Source: Balanoglossus misakiensis
Taxonomy: Eukaryota > Animalia > Hemichordata
DNA length: 64,000 nt
Assembly (NCBI GenBank): GCA_040954595.2
Contig: CM082576.2
Location: forward strand, 17,841,028 to 17,905,027
Reading direction: 5' to 3'
Shown: positions 51,100-63,331 of the stretch, piece after piece
How positions within the stretch are numbered: position 1 is the first letter of the stretch
Layout: the number at the start of each line of letters is the position of its first letter
The notes under the pieces: generated by a model
The model's database searches: none
Seen by the model: the letters and a program-made list of their open reading frames with translations, nothing else
What the model was told of the DNA's origin: nothing
Translations under genes and position numbers: made by a program

Positions 51100-52262
51100 G
51101 CTATACTTAAGACCCCTGAGGCTTGCCATACCAGTGTCAAGCCAAAAAAGATATATAAGACAGCAGGAAAGAGAAGCGAAAAGAAGGGTAGTCGTTAGTG
51201 TATCAGCTACAGATGAAGCACCAGCTGCATGCCACGATGGTAGTACTGGTAGCAACAGACGAGATATGGGAACACAAACAGATATTGATGGAATTCTTTT
51301 TGACAGAAGAATTGCAACAGTTGAGACAAGAGAAGATGGACTTACAGACTCACATGCTTGGTCGGTCCAAGTCATTTTCAGACTATCGTCTCGATGACTT
51401 GAGCAATGAAGATGAAAAAGTTTGTCATTCTTTCTGGTGTTCTCCACGTTATATAATTATCTTGAGCCATACCTCCCAAATAAAAAATCAATGACCAGAT
51501 TTCAAATTTTATTTATGGTACTTATGCGTTTACTTCTGAATTTGGCTGAGCAGTTCCTTGCTTATGAGTTTCATGTTTCACAATCGACAATTTCTAGATT
51601 TTTTTGTGATGTCATTAATGTATTGTATGCCAGGACAAAACATTTTGTTTTCTGGCCTTCACGTGATGTTCTTCAAAAGACTATGCCACTTGAATTTGTC
51701 AGATATTTTGGAAGGAAGATTGCTGTAATTATAGATTGTTTTGAAGTTATCATTGAGAGGCCATCAAATCTTATGGCCAGAGCCCAGACATGGTCGTCAT
51801 ACAAACATCATAATACTGTTAAGTTTTTATTAGGTATAACACCACAAGGTGCAATTTCTTTCATTTCAAAGGCATGGGGTGGGCGGGTCTCAGATAAATT
51901 CATTACAGAACAATCAGGTTTTTTAAGAAATATTTTACCAGGAGATATTATCTTAGCTGACAGGGGTTTTAATATTCATGATTCACTTGGAAGTATATGT
52001 GCATCAGCTAAAATACCAGCATTCACCAGAGGGAAAAATCAATTATCACCCCTTGAAATAGAAGCAACCCGAAAAATAGCCAACTGCAGAATTCACGTAG
52101 AATGAGTTATTGGTAGTGTCCGTCAGAAATATACAATTTTAAACAGCACTCTCCCCATTGATTATCTGATGACGAGGGAGGGGCAAACATTATCAATGAT
52201 TGACAAAATATGTCATGTAAGCTGTGCACTTACAAATTTATGTGAGCCCATTGTAAATGTTA
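51100..52262 (+). pseudogene. ISL2EU/Harbinger-clade DDE_Tnp_4 transposase, 5'-truncated, with a nonsense codon
   Basis: [67 protein letters not shown] (TGA at 52103-52105); frameshifts upstream of 51422. Confidence 0.85.
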
Positions 52263-53372
52263 AAAAGTAAAATAGTTCACAAATGTTTCTCAATGTCAGA
52301 CTTGACCATTAAATTTTTAAATTCCTTTGCAGTTCTTGTAATTACTCAGCCTAGCCGGCTGTCACAAGACATCGGTATTTCATTGTTATATATATTCCGG
52401 AAATATTTGGAAAGTTCTAGAAGGTCATTCGAATGTCAAGTTCTGGAGTTGTTCTGGAGTCGCGTTGAGCGATTGTACCAGCAGAGTGAATAAAGTTCAC
52501 TGGTATTTTCACGGTGAAGACTTGCTATTGCGATAGCCTGTGTGTTTCCTTCAGTGTTACAGGGAGGTATGGCTCAATATTTTCTGTACTTTTGTCAACT
52601 CTTTTCTCGTTCTAGTAAATAAATACGCCACGTTGGCTTTTGCACTTTACTTTTCTTGTTTTGTGCACTCCCTCATTCAGGTGTATGGTTGTTACCCTTA
52701 TTGATCAAACATTTTGTTATTCTATGTCCCTTGTGAGAACCTTCCAAAAACATAGATTTTGATAGAATGATTTAGAAAACATCATTATATTGTAGAGAGG
52801 GTGTGTGTGTGAGGGCGTAATAACAACTGTAAGGTCAGGACACAATAATGTTTGATGCCAAATATGTGTTTTATTGCACTTCATGATTCATGATGTGACA
52901 ATGACAATGTGACAACATTTCTGTTGTCAAAGTTTTCCATCATCTTTCCATTACTGTCTATTAAAACATTACTTCCTTCGACGATGAAACTGTGGAAGCT
53001 TTCTGCAATCAGGACAATACAATTTTTTGGTTTTTGGTGCCCTACTTATCTTTAAACATTCAAAATGAAACCACTTTAATTGGCAGTTTTCATTATCACA
53101 ACATACCATGTTCCCTGATTCAAATTGCTGACAGTAACAGTACAGGTTATCATCATTGGAATTCGCACCAATAGTGCTTGTATTTGGATGAATTCTTTTT
53201 AGAGTATTGTCAGTATTCGGTAACTTTGAGTAAAATTTCCCAACTAATTCTGGAAGAATAGCTGTTCTAAATATGTGTTCAGCCTTTTCACATGCAAAAG
53301 TCCTCATCAAACTGGATAACCTCAACATGGATATTCTTTTCAGTCCAAACCACAAAATAGCCAAAATCATAC

Positions 53373-56300
53373 TAGTCAGGTGGAGATTTGAGAAAATTGT
53401 GACCCCCTCTGGTATTTTTTGGTACAAGCAAACCAAATATGTTTTTTGGTCAATTCGACTACGCTGATTTCGAAAATGCCTGTTCCCAAAAGATCTTTTT
53501 GAGATAAGAGCCTCGTTTTGGCAAATCAAATATGGCCGCCAAGGATCGCAATTCTCACATGAATAGCATCAAAGAAATGTTCACGTACCTCCTTAAACAA
53601 TGAAAATAAAATACATGTTTACAACAACAACGTTTTTGGTTGTATAAACACAAACTAGCAACAATAAAACAATAATTATGCAAAAATTTGCATATTGTAT
53701 GAATAATTCGTTGATTTTTGGCTAACAAATAATAATAAAGCTAGGTGTAACAGTACATGTACTAAAAACTCACAATCATTGGAAAAAATTACCTTTTCTT
53801 TATTTTAATAAAGGACTTAAACCTTGTTCAAAACAACACTTCAAGTGTGAAGTTCATTTTGAGATAAGAGCCTCGATGTGGCAATTCAATATGGCCGTCT
53901 AAAGCCCTGTAGTGGAGCGGCCAAACCCTAATTTTCATAGCGATTGTGCATTTTGTGATATAAGCACCAAACTTGGCTCAGATGTGTGTTAATGTGTACT
54001 AAAAAAATTCAGATAGGGAGCCACTAAATATCTGTTGATGAGTTTCCATGGCAACCAATTTTTCAAAATGGCCACCAATACAGATAATTTCACCCACCAA
54101 ATAACATCTGTAAACACCAAAATAAATTTAGATTACTATATTTGATACAAGGAACTGTGGAAAGAATAATTTGCAAAGATATTATGGTTACTAAACTACT
54201 TATAGGGGTAAGTAAGTTATCAAAACACAATTTAAAGGCACAACTTTTAATCCCTTTCGGATTAATAGGTGCTCCTCGAAGTCAAACCATACTGTCTATG
54301 GTCAAACATTAGGCTAATTGCGATATTTAACTTGCAGTACGTAAATTACACATATGAATCACAACAGTTTACCACCTTAGCTAATGATAATCATATAAAC
54401 AGATCACCGATATATTCGAATTGCACACGGATGTGGGCTTGGCTTACTCGTGACTGGTAAAATTTCCTTATCAACTTGATAGGAGAGTCCACTGCCCGAA
54501 ATAGACGTTGATCCAAACTGAGTCCGCGGTCGTCACGTTTATTGGTCGACAGACATAGGGCCTCAAACGCAATGCAATCTAAATGGACCCCGGGTAACGA
54601 ACCACGCGGCTTTGTTTCGACCACAATCGCCACCGCAGCGTTGACAACGTTTTTTCGGGGCGTTGATGTTTTTCAAAATGCCATAGGAAATTAAAGAAAC
54701 TTAAGTCAAATTGCTGAAACGTTAATAATCGACCATATGTCTTGATACTTTAGATCATGTATCAGTTCCACTCCAGCAATTTTGGCGACTGTTAACAGAG
54801 TTGACCAAAAGATAAATGGTGTCTATGATTCCAAACTCATAAAAATTACACCGGAGGACACAACATTATTTTATTTGTCGAGAATAGTGTCCATCATGCC
54901 ATAAATATTGTCAAAAATGTGTGTTAATTATAGAAACCCAACTAAATATACAAGCAGTTGGCCTTTAGTTTGGTAAATGGAAAAACAGGTCTTATTGCAA
55001 TTTTCTGGGATTAGGTGCCCCAAGGCTCCCAACAAGTCACTTGGAATGTACTTCCATTCTAATATCTCAATGTGTAAAGATCTGACTTTGCAAGAGATAT
55101 TACGGAAAACTTCATTTCATTTAATAGCATGAAGTAAGCGAAATCTTACTCTTTACAGAAAAGCTGTGATCCTGAAGACCTTTGGTGTTTTGAAGCTTAT
55201 TTTCACTTTATCATTTTATTCTTTGATTTTGGGGGTTCAAAAATACACAAAATAACATGTCAAAATAGAACTGCTGACTATCATCAAGGTGCGATTAAAA
55301 TTATCGATAACATGAGCAATACAAAGCACTTCAAGCGACTTCATCAAAACGCTTTCCGAAGGACAAGTATTGGATGAAAGTTTGAAACAGATTTTGATTT
55401 TGATTCCTAACATCTATCTATGTACATGCGCCCTAGACATAGTTTGTTTCTATAGTAACTTTAACAAACCAATCGACTGTCATGATACTTGCTTTCTGCC
55501 ATCATTTTATGGGGAAGTGATTCTTTATTTGCATGAATCATTTGATGAAGATAAAATAGAAAAGCTGGATTCTGCACTGATTGAAACTGGTCAGATCAAT
55601 TTATAAGGTTGAGAAACAAGATGCCGTTTTTTCCTGGGTTGACTAAATTTGGAATTTTGTTCATCAAAGATATTTTTATGGGGAAAATAACGAATCAACT
55701 GAGCTTTACTTGTTAAACTTTTATCACAAAATGCCCAAATGTTACGAAAATTGTGTTTATGCCAGGCCACTATTATAATATATATATGGTTATACAGTGT
55801 TTTAACTAAGTTTGTTGTAACCGGGGTTATTACCAAACTTGAATTTCTTTAGCGACTGAATCTCGATCCTGTATTTACCCCTATAACTAGTTTAGTGATG
55901 ATATATATTTTGAAAATTACTCTTTGAGCAGTTTCTTGTTTCAAATATTGTAATATGAATTTATTGTGGTGTTTTATAATTGTTATTTTGTGGGTGAGAT
56001 TATCTGTATTGGCGGCCATTTTGAAAAAAATGAAAAAATGGTTGCCATGGAAACTCATCAACAGATATTGTGGCTCGCTAACTGAATTTGTTTAGTACAC
56101 ATTAACGCACATCTGAGCCAAGTACGACACCCAAGTGGATTAAACATACATGTATATATGTTGCCTCACTGACACAATGTTCACTTTGCACACAGTATCA
56201 TATATAAAAACGTAATAAAAATACACATTACTCTTTACTTATGAAGAGAAATTGTTGTTAGAGACCGGGTTTCAAAAAAACACCGAGGACGTCGGGCCAT

Positions 56301-58005
56301 CAGTGTGCATTCAACGTCTTATAACTAAGCATGAATATACGGTGCTGGCATAATGTGAGTGTGGCCATACGATGCTTTCGCTATTAATGAACAACTTGTA
56401 CGTTAACAAATGCCAGTTTTGTTGGCAAAAATTATGTTTTTGGCTTTTCACAACATTGAACATACATTCATAGTTCAATAACTTGTGAATTGTGGACCTA
56501 AACGTTCATACGTTCAATGTTCTGGTGTTTTTTAACGGAGCGATCGGTCACGATGTTACCAACGAGCATGTACAGTCTAAACTAAATCCTCGTTGTGTAT
56601 GTTTATTTGTTTGTTTTTGTTGTTTTTTACATGCTATTACATGTACATACAAATATGAAAAGTTTCATTTCAGTTATTCATTAAAATGCAAACATTTGCC
56701 AAAAAACATGTGAATAGACACCTCACAGGCCAGAGTTGTATCATTAGCTTTCAGTTGTCAATTTTAGCATGACATCATGACTAATTAAGCTAATTTTGCA
56801 TATTTTCCATGCTGCACCTTGTCTGACAAGGTAAACGATTGCATATTTGAATTCCTTGACCCTGAAAACATTGGAATAGACACCTCACTTAACACCGTTG
56901 GCTCTCTTTTGTAGACCATTGATTTTAGATGGGCGTGTCACCTAATTAACATAAATTAGCATTTTTACCAATTCACCAAATGTTTCTAAATTAAAAAAAT
57001 TGTGTAAAAATATTTAAATGATATAAGAATATGATTTCAATAGACTATTATGGTGTTGACCTGTGATATTGCACCATAATGGCTACAAACAGCGTTTTCT
57101 TTTAGGTATTTCTAAATTATGACGTCACAAATTAATTTGCCATTTTCGACATGAAAACGTGAAAAGAATTTTTGGGAACAGGCATATTCGAAATCAGCGT
57201 ATTCGAAATATCCAAAAACAACTTGTTCCCAGCTTGTACCAAAAAAATGAATGACATGCTTTTAAAATGCTCATTTTCTGAAATTTCCACCTGGACCTAA
57301 TTAACATAAATTAGCATTTTACCAATTCACAAAATGTTTCTAAATTAAAAAAATTGTTTAAAATATTTAAATGAATATAAGAATATGATTTCAATAGACT
57401 ATTATGGTGTTGACCTGTGATATTGCACCATAATGGCTACAAACAGCGTTTTCTTTTAGGTATTTTGAAATTATGACGTCACAAATTAATTTGCCATTTT
57501 CGACATGAAAACGTGAAAAGAATTTTTGGGAACAGGCAAATTTGAAATCAGCGTATTCGAAATATCCGAAAACAACTTGTTCCCAGCTTGTACCAAAAAA
57601 ACGAATGACATGCTTTTAAAATGCTCATTTTCTGAAATTTCCACCTGGACCTAATTAACATAAATTAGCATTTTACCAATTCACAAAATGTTTCTAAATT
57701 AAAAAAATTGTTTAAAAATATTTAAATGAATATAAGAATATGATTTCAATAGACTATTATGGTGTTGACCTGTGATATTGCACCATAATGGCTACAAACA
57801 GCGTTTTCTTTTAGGTATTTTGAAATTATGACGTCACAAATTAATTTGCCATTTTCGACATGAAAACGTGAAAAGAATTTTTGGGAACAGGCAAATTCGA
57901 AATCAGCGTATTCGAAATATCCAAAAACAACTTGTTCCCAGCTTGTACCAAAAAATGCCTGACATGCTTTTAAAATGCTCATTTTCTGAAATTTCCACCT
58001 GACTA
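53373..58005. mobile_element. Non-autonomous Academ-like element inserted in the YqaJ gene
   Basis: tac|TAGTCAGGTGGA ... TCCACCTGACTA|tac (3-bp TSD); its removal restores the YqaJ frame; internal ~250-bp inverted pair at 53960-54212/55870-56122. Confidence 0.85.
56941..58005. repeat. ~355-bp tandem triplication of the right end of the Academ-like element
   Basis: Units start cctaattaacataaattagc at 56941, 57296 and 57650; each ends in ttctgaaatttccacctg. Confidence 0.9.
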
Positions 58006-59027
58006 TACTGGCAAACTCCCAATTGTGTCTGGACCTGATAGTAATATGCATGCTTCTTATCTAATTTGAGAATGCCATCATCCTCTTTTTGCAAACAAAA
58101 ACCACTACTGATGGCATCAGGTATTTCACTATCTCTTTTACAGTAGGGACATTTTATTTCAAGGCACCCCACTCCACAACAGTCACACGTGACAATCCCA
58201 TCAGGGGAAGCTCCCAAATGTGGCCAATCAGGGTTAATAATCAAACCACAATCCTTTACCAAAACATTATCATGTTGCTTTGATATGTCAAATATGAATT
58301 TCTCTCTTGCTGTTTTTTCATGCTTGCAACCCCAAGTTGTGGCTTGTGAAAAAAACTTTATACTTTCGGGATGACAGATGCTCATGATTAAACTATGAGA
58401 TGGGCTAGCTGGATCAGTATGGCATACTGACTTCATTTTAGATGCAGTTACTCGGCCTTCTCTGAAATGAAACCACAACTGAGAGTTTGCCTGATCACGT
58501 GTATTTCTTTCAACAGCTGCAGACTGTTCACTGATCATTTTTCAGTGATGTCAAATTAATAGGAAAGTTATCACTAGAAGACTTCGGTAAGTAATCATCA
58601 CAATAAGGGGAAGAAGTTGTCAAAATTGCTGCACGTGTGTTGGTACTTTGGAGTTCTCTGCAGAACTCTGCCATATCCAGCTCAGATGCAAGTGGAACAG
58701 GGGTTGTATCACTAACACATGCCTGATTTACTGCCTGATTTACTCTATCACTGGAACCCTCAAGCGAAGAAGTCAAAAGTTTCTTTTTCGATTTTGCACA
58801 CACACTTCTCTATATTCCACTTTTTGTACTCCACTCGGTAGCAGCCAATATCCTTAAGATGAAATTCTCACCCTCAATTTTACACCAGCACTGGTACAGC
58901 ATTTTGCGAGAAAATGGCGAGGAACGCACACTTTCTCGCTGTTCCGCGAGAACCATGCGAGAACACAATATCCTCGCAAAAGGTAAGCGAGATTTGTGTT
59001 TTCTCGCAATAGGTCAGCGAGAATTAA

Positions 59028-60460
59028 TCAGCTATCGTCACTCCACTCCTGAAGAAACCGTCCCTGGATTTCAATATACTCAAGAATTATCGCCCTGTTT
59101 CCAATCTTCCATTTCTTTCCAAAGTACTCGAGAAGATCGTCGCGGCTCAAATCACTGACTACCTCACCAAAAGCTCTCTCCAGGTACCATTACAGTCAGC
59201 ATACAGAAAATACCACAGTACAGAAACTGCACTTCTGAAAGTACACACTTCTCATCCTCCTTGATCTCTCCGGGACACAATTGATCACAATATACTACTT
59301 CATCGACTCTCGCATCTTGGTATCTCCGATGTCGTACTCAAAAGGTTCACTTCATATTTAAAGCAACGGGAACAGTCTGTTAAAATCAACGATGTCATCA
59401 GCGAACCATCAGAACTCAGCTTCGGCGTCCCTCAGGGCTCAGTTCTCGGGCCTCTCTTGTTTACTATCTACATTGCTCCACTATCAAATTTGATACACAA
59501 GCACAATCTACATTTTCACCAGTACGCAGATGACAACCAGCTTTATCTTTCATTTTCTCATCATGACTCTCCCGCAGCCCTGTCTTCGATTGAAACCTGC
59601 ATTCTCGACATCAAGGAATGGATGACCCATAATAAACTCCAGCTTAATGTCAGTAAAACCGAAGTCCTTCTGATTCGCTCCAAGTTTAACACGTCACCAG
59701 ATCCTATTAACAGTGTCAACATTGGTTCCACTTCTGTCACACCAGTCTCATCTGCTCGCAATATAGTCATGATCTTCGACAGTAATCACATGTTCAGTCA
59801 GCACATAAAGTACACCTGCAAATCGATCTACAGTCACCTCCGCCGAATTGGATCTATACGACGTTACATCACCAACGAGACTTGCCAAACCTTAGTACAT
59901 GCAACTCTATCTGCCAAACTTGACTACTGTAACTCACTCCTGTATGGTCTCCCAGAAAACACAATCGCCCTACTTCAAAGAGCTCAGAATACTTCAGCCA
60001 GAATAGTCATGCGCACTAGGAAATTCACGCCTATCACTCCAGTTCTTGCCCAGCTCCATTGGTTACCAGTTCGTCTCAGGATCGACTACAAAATTTTGTT
60101 GATAACTTTTAAAGTTATCCATAACCAGAATCCCGCTTACATCAGTGATCTACTGTAGCCATACACTCCCACTCGTACACTGCGTTCATCCACCAAGAAA
60201 CTCTTAACATACACAACCTACAAAAACAAGACCTATGGCGGCCGTGCCTTCTCCTATGCAGCCCCTAAACTGTGGAACGCACTACCTCTTGACATCAGGG
60301 AATCAACAAACCTGGAGACTTTCAAAAGAAAACTGAAAACTCATATGTTCGAAAGAGCATACAGTGTGGTTTAACCATGTGCGTCATTGGGCAAAATTTC
60401 TTGTTTTGGATTTTGGCGCTATATAAACTTTGTGTTGATAGATTGATTGATTGATTGATT
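59028..60460 (+). mobile_element. 5'-truncated L2-clade LINE (RT 3' region, decayed)
   Basis: GVPQGSVLGP, QYADDNQLY, LQLNVSKTE, KLDYCNSLL, LAQLHWLPV..RIDYKILL; 3' gcgctatataaa followed by a (GATT)n tail; possible TSD GAATTAA at 59021-59027 and 60463-60469. Confidence 0.85.
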
Positions 60461-60533
60461 GGGAATTAACTTTTCTCGCGCTGCATATGCGAGAAATTTA
60501 ATTCTCACAGTCAACCGCGTGTAGCCAATGTAA

Positions 60534-61250
60534 GGGAGCATTCGTTTTTTACAGGGAGGGGGGGGGGCGGTGGAATTTGAGTCGCCGACTAAATGTAAAA
60601 GGCAACCCCCCCTGAAAATTAGTTTTCTAAAATGTGACCCCCCCCCAAAAAAAAAAAGTTTATCCACCGGATTAAACTTATCAAACTTTGTCAGATATTG
60701 GTGTATGTTCGACATACCACATAATCAACCATGAAACCTAGTTCCTTGATTTCCAAGTAGTGCATTGTCTGCCTGATCTTGTTACGTGAAAGAGTTCATT
60801 TTCAATGTCGCCGCTATCACTTTCTGAGTCACTTTCCGCTGAATCATCTAGTTCACCTATCACTACATGTTCATCTTCTGGTTCACTGTCCTCGTCCGAG
60901 TCATCCTCTTCATCCTCCTGCTCATCCTCCTCTTTGTCTCTCTCATGGTTTACTCTGAGACTTTCCAGAGTTGTTTGACACAGTTTCCGGCCAATGTGCG
61001 CTTCAACTATTTTCAGTGTTCCCCTCCCACATTAGAAAATTTTGTAAAATAAAGGACGCGAAACTGCATTTTTGTGGACTCAAAATAAATATTTAGCCGT
61101 CAAAGTTTTCAAGTCCCCCCTTTCAGTCCCTATATAATAATCCCTTGATTATAAAATTTGTCCCCCCCTAAAAACTGCTTTGTAAAAGTAACCCCCCCCC
61201 CCCCCTGATTTCCACCGCCCCCCCCCTCCCTGTAAAAAACGAATGCTCCC
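60534..61250. mobile_element. PIF/Harbinger-like MITE
   Basis: TAA TSD (60531-60533, 61251-61253); TIR GGGAGCATTCGTTTTTTACAGGGAGGG..GCGGTGGAA; shares an internal block (ttagaaaattttgtaaaa..cgcgaaactgca..tttgtggactcaaa) with 30243-30970. Confidence 0.8.
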
Positions 61251-62584
61251 TAAGGTCTGGAAAAGAGTATACAGAAAGAGTATACAGATGCAAAGTGGGT
61301 AAACTATTTTCTCGCGACTGACTGCAATACTTCACTTGCAGATTTCTCGCTGGACCTGTTGCGATGAAGATTGTGTTCTTGCATGCTTGAACAGCGAGAA
61401 AGTGTCCGGGACTCCGTTCCTCGCCATTTTCTCACACAATGCTGTTACTAGTGCAATCTGTACACAAATGAACCATGTGACCATTTGGAACAAATTAACT
61501 TCATTAATTAGTTGACACACTCTCTTTGCGATGACGACCATCTTGCCCGCAGACTTTGCGAGCTGTACGTTCGCGAACGAGGCTGGTAGGCGTAACTTCT
61601 TTGCAAAATTAGATACATGAGATGAGGGCACCTCGTGCTGACCTCAGGAGGGGACACAGTCTGTGTAGGACTTCGGACGCTGTTACAGTCTTAGGGTTTA
61701 TCGCTATACAGTCATCAGTAAAGACCTCTCCGTTTGCATGATGATTGTCGCTAGCAGTGTTGGTAGACTCAATTTTGGTATTGTGTCGAAGAATCACCAC
61801 AGGCCGCACCGAAAATCAACTTGCGAAAATCTCTTTTTTTGAGACACGTCGTACTCTGGGCACTGTTCACTCAGATCAGTACATGTCCTCTAGTGTTAAT
61901 GTCGCATTTAGTCTATCAGAACAGTTATTGAACAGCAGTAGGACAAACCTCCAAATTTAGCGACTGCCTACAATATGTCTGCGCATGCTCAGACCCTGTA
62001 TTTGCATATAGTGACGTCCCTGGCATGGAAATGCGGAAGTATTTGTCGAAGTTCGCTCTTGGATGTTATCGGCCTGTTATTGACGTTATGTACATCGACT
62101 TTCGGGTATTTTCGGTTTGACGTGTACGTCACACCCTCCCTTCCAGCATGGCGTAAAACATTTCAGTCGAATTTCATGAAAATCGATGTCCGTGTGACTA
62201 TTTGCCCGCCATGATTCGAATCGACATAACAAGCAATAGAACGTACCAGTTTAAAAACAATCGATCTGAACCTTCTATACCTAGTTTAAGTCAATTGACC
62301 TGTTGTTTCATGTTCCATATACAGTGTTGAACGAAACAATGTCTTCAAACAGCAGATTATCTAATGGGGGACAATGGGGGACGGTTTTTGCGAATGGTTT
62401 GCTCACTTCCGGTGCGCTAGATTTGTCAAAGCGCGTTTTCACGTGTACGGGTATAGGTACATGCATGTACATATTTCAATTGAACTTGTTTTTCAATGTT
62501 TTGAAAGGATCGGGTAGGTGACTCTGCTTTCTGAACCGTGCCTCTTTCTTCCCCAACAGGTCCAACTACACGTGGTCCTAGTGG

Positions 62585-62780
62585 CCAAGTTATCAACGTG
62601 ATTTTTGAAAACCTGATATGGTAATTTATTCCTACAGTTTTCCTAAGTTTGGAGTGATCAACAACTTTGGTTACCTCCTCAAGTGAGATGTCATGATTTA
62701 AAACAGTACTATGATGGTAGCCTTCTGTCAACTGCATTTCTAGTTTCATTTCATGTTAGTAATGTGTGGTTCAGTTGCTA
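62585..62780 (-). pseudogene. Short decayed LINE ORF2 fragment
   Basis: LNHDISLEEVTKVVDHSKLRKTVGI resembles the pre-RT region of non-LTR ORF2. Confidence 0.4.
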
Positions 62781-63331
62781 TTTACATTACACAAAGACTA
62801 TGAAGCCCTTTCTGAATTCCATTGTTCTCAATAAATTACACAAACACATGATGTACAGAAATGAATATATTTAAATCTTTATTTCTTAAAACCTGGCAAC
62901 AAACAAACAAATAAGTGTGTATAAACATGAATAAATATTTCAACTTTTCATAAAAAATATGGTCTCTTGATTCATTTTTGATCAGCCCCCTTCCCCCATC
63001 ATTGATTCTACTCATGTAAATGTGTTTGTTTGCATAATTTAGACGGCGTCGCTTGTTCACTAAATATTCTATCAGAACAGTTATTGAACAGAGCTAGGGA
63101 CGGGATGATATTCCATTAGCATTCACTAGGGGATATCCATGTGTACAGTCATGACAGTCATTGAACAGAGCTACATGGCAGAACATTTTATCATCGTTAT
63201 TGTACTGAAACAGGAGTGGGAATGACATGTTATTCTCTGTCATAGAAAAGAGCTATGGGTCAGCATAACATTGTATGGGGAGAGGCAACATATTTTTTGT
63301 CACTATGTCAGTCATAGTTCAACTACTACTA

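Larger units (their letters stand above)
52969..58856 (-). pseudogene. YqaJ/lambda-exonuclease + PHD finger accessory gene of an ISL2EU-type element, split by an insertion
   Basis: TRDQANSQLWF..REGRVTAS, WGCKHE, HLGASPDG, LEIKCPY, YYYQVQTQL (58538-58006), continuing as YDFGYFVVWT after removing 53373-58008, then PHD YCYCQQ..MVCCDNENCQLKWFHFECL..YCPDC. Frameshifted. Confidence 0.85.
58880..61460. mobile_element. Palindromic MITE split by an L2-like LINE and a Harbinger-like MITE
   Basis: 58880-59020 is an imperfect reverse complement of 61305-61460 (gagaaaatggcgaggaacg..cactttctcgctgttc). Confidence 0.6.
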
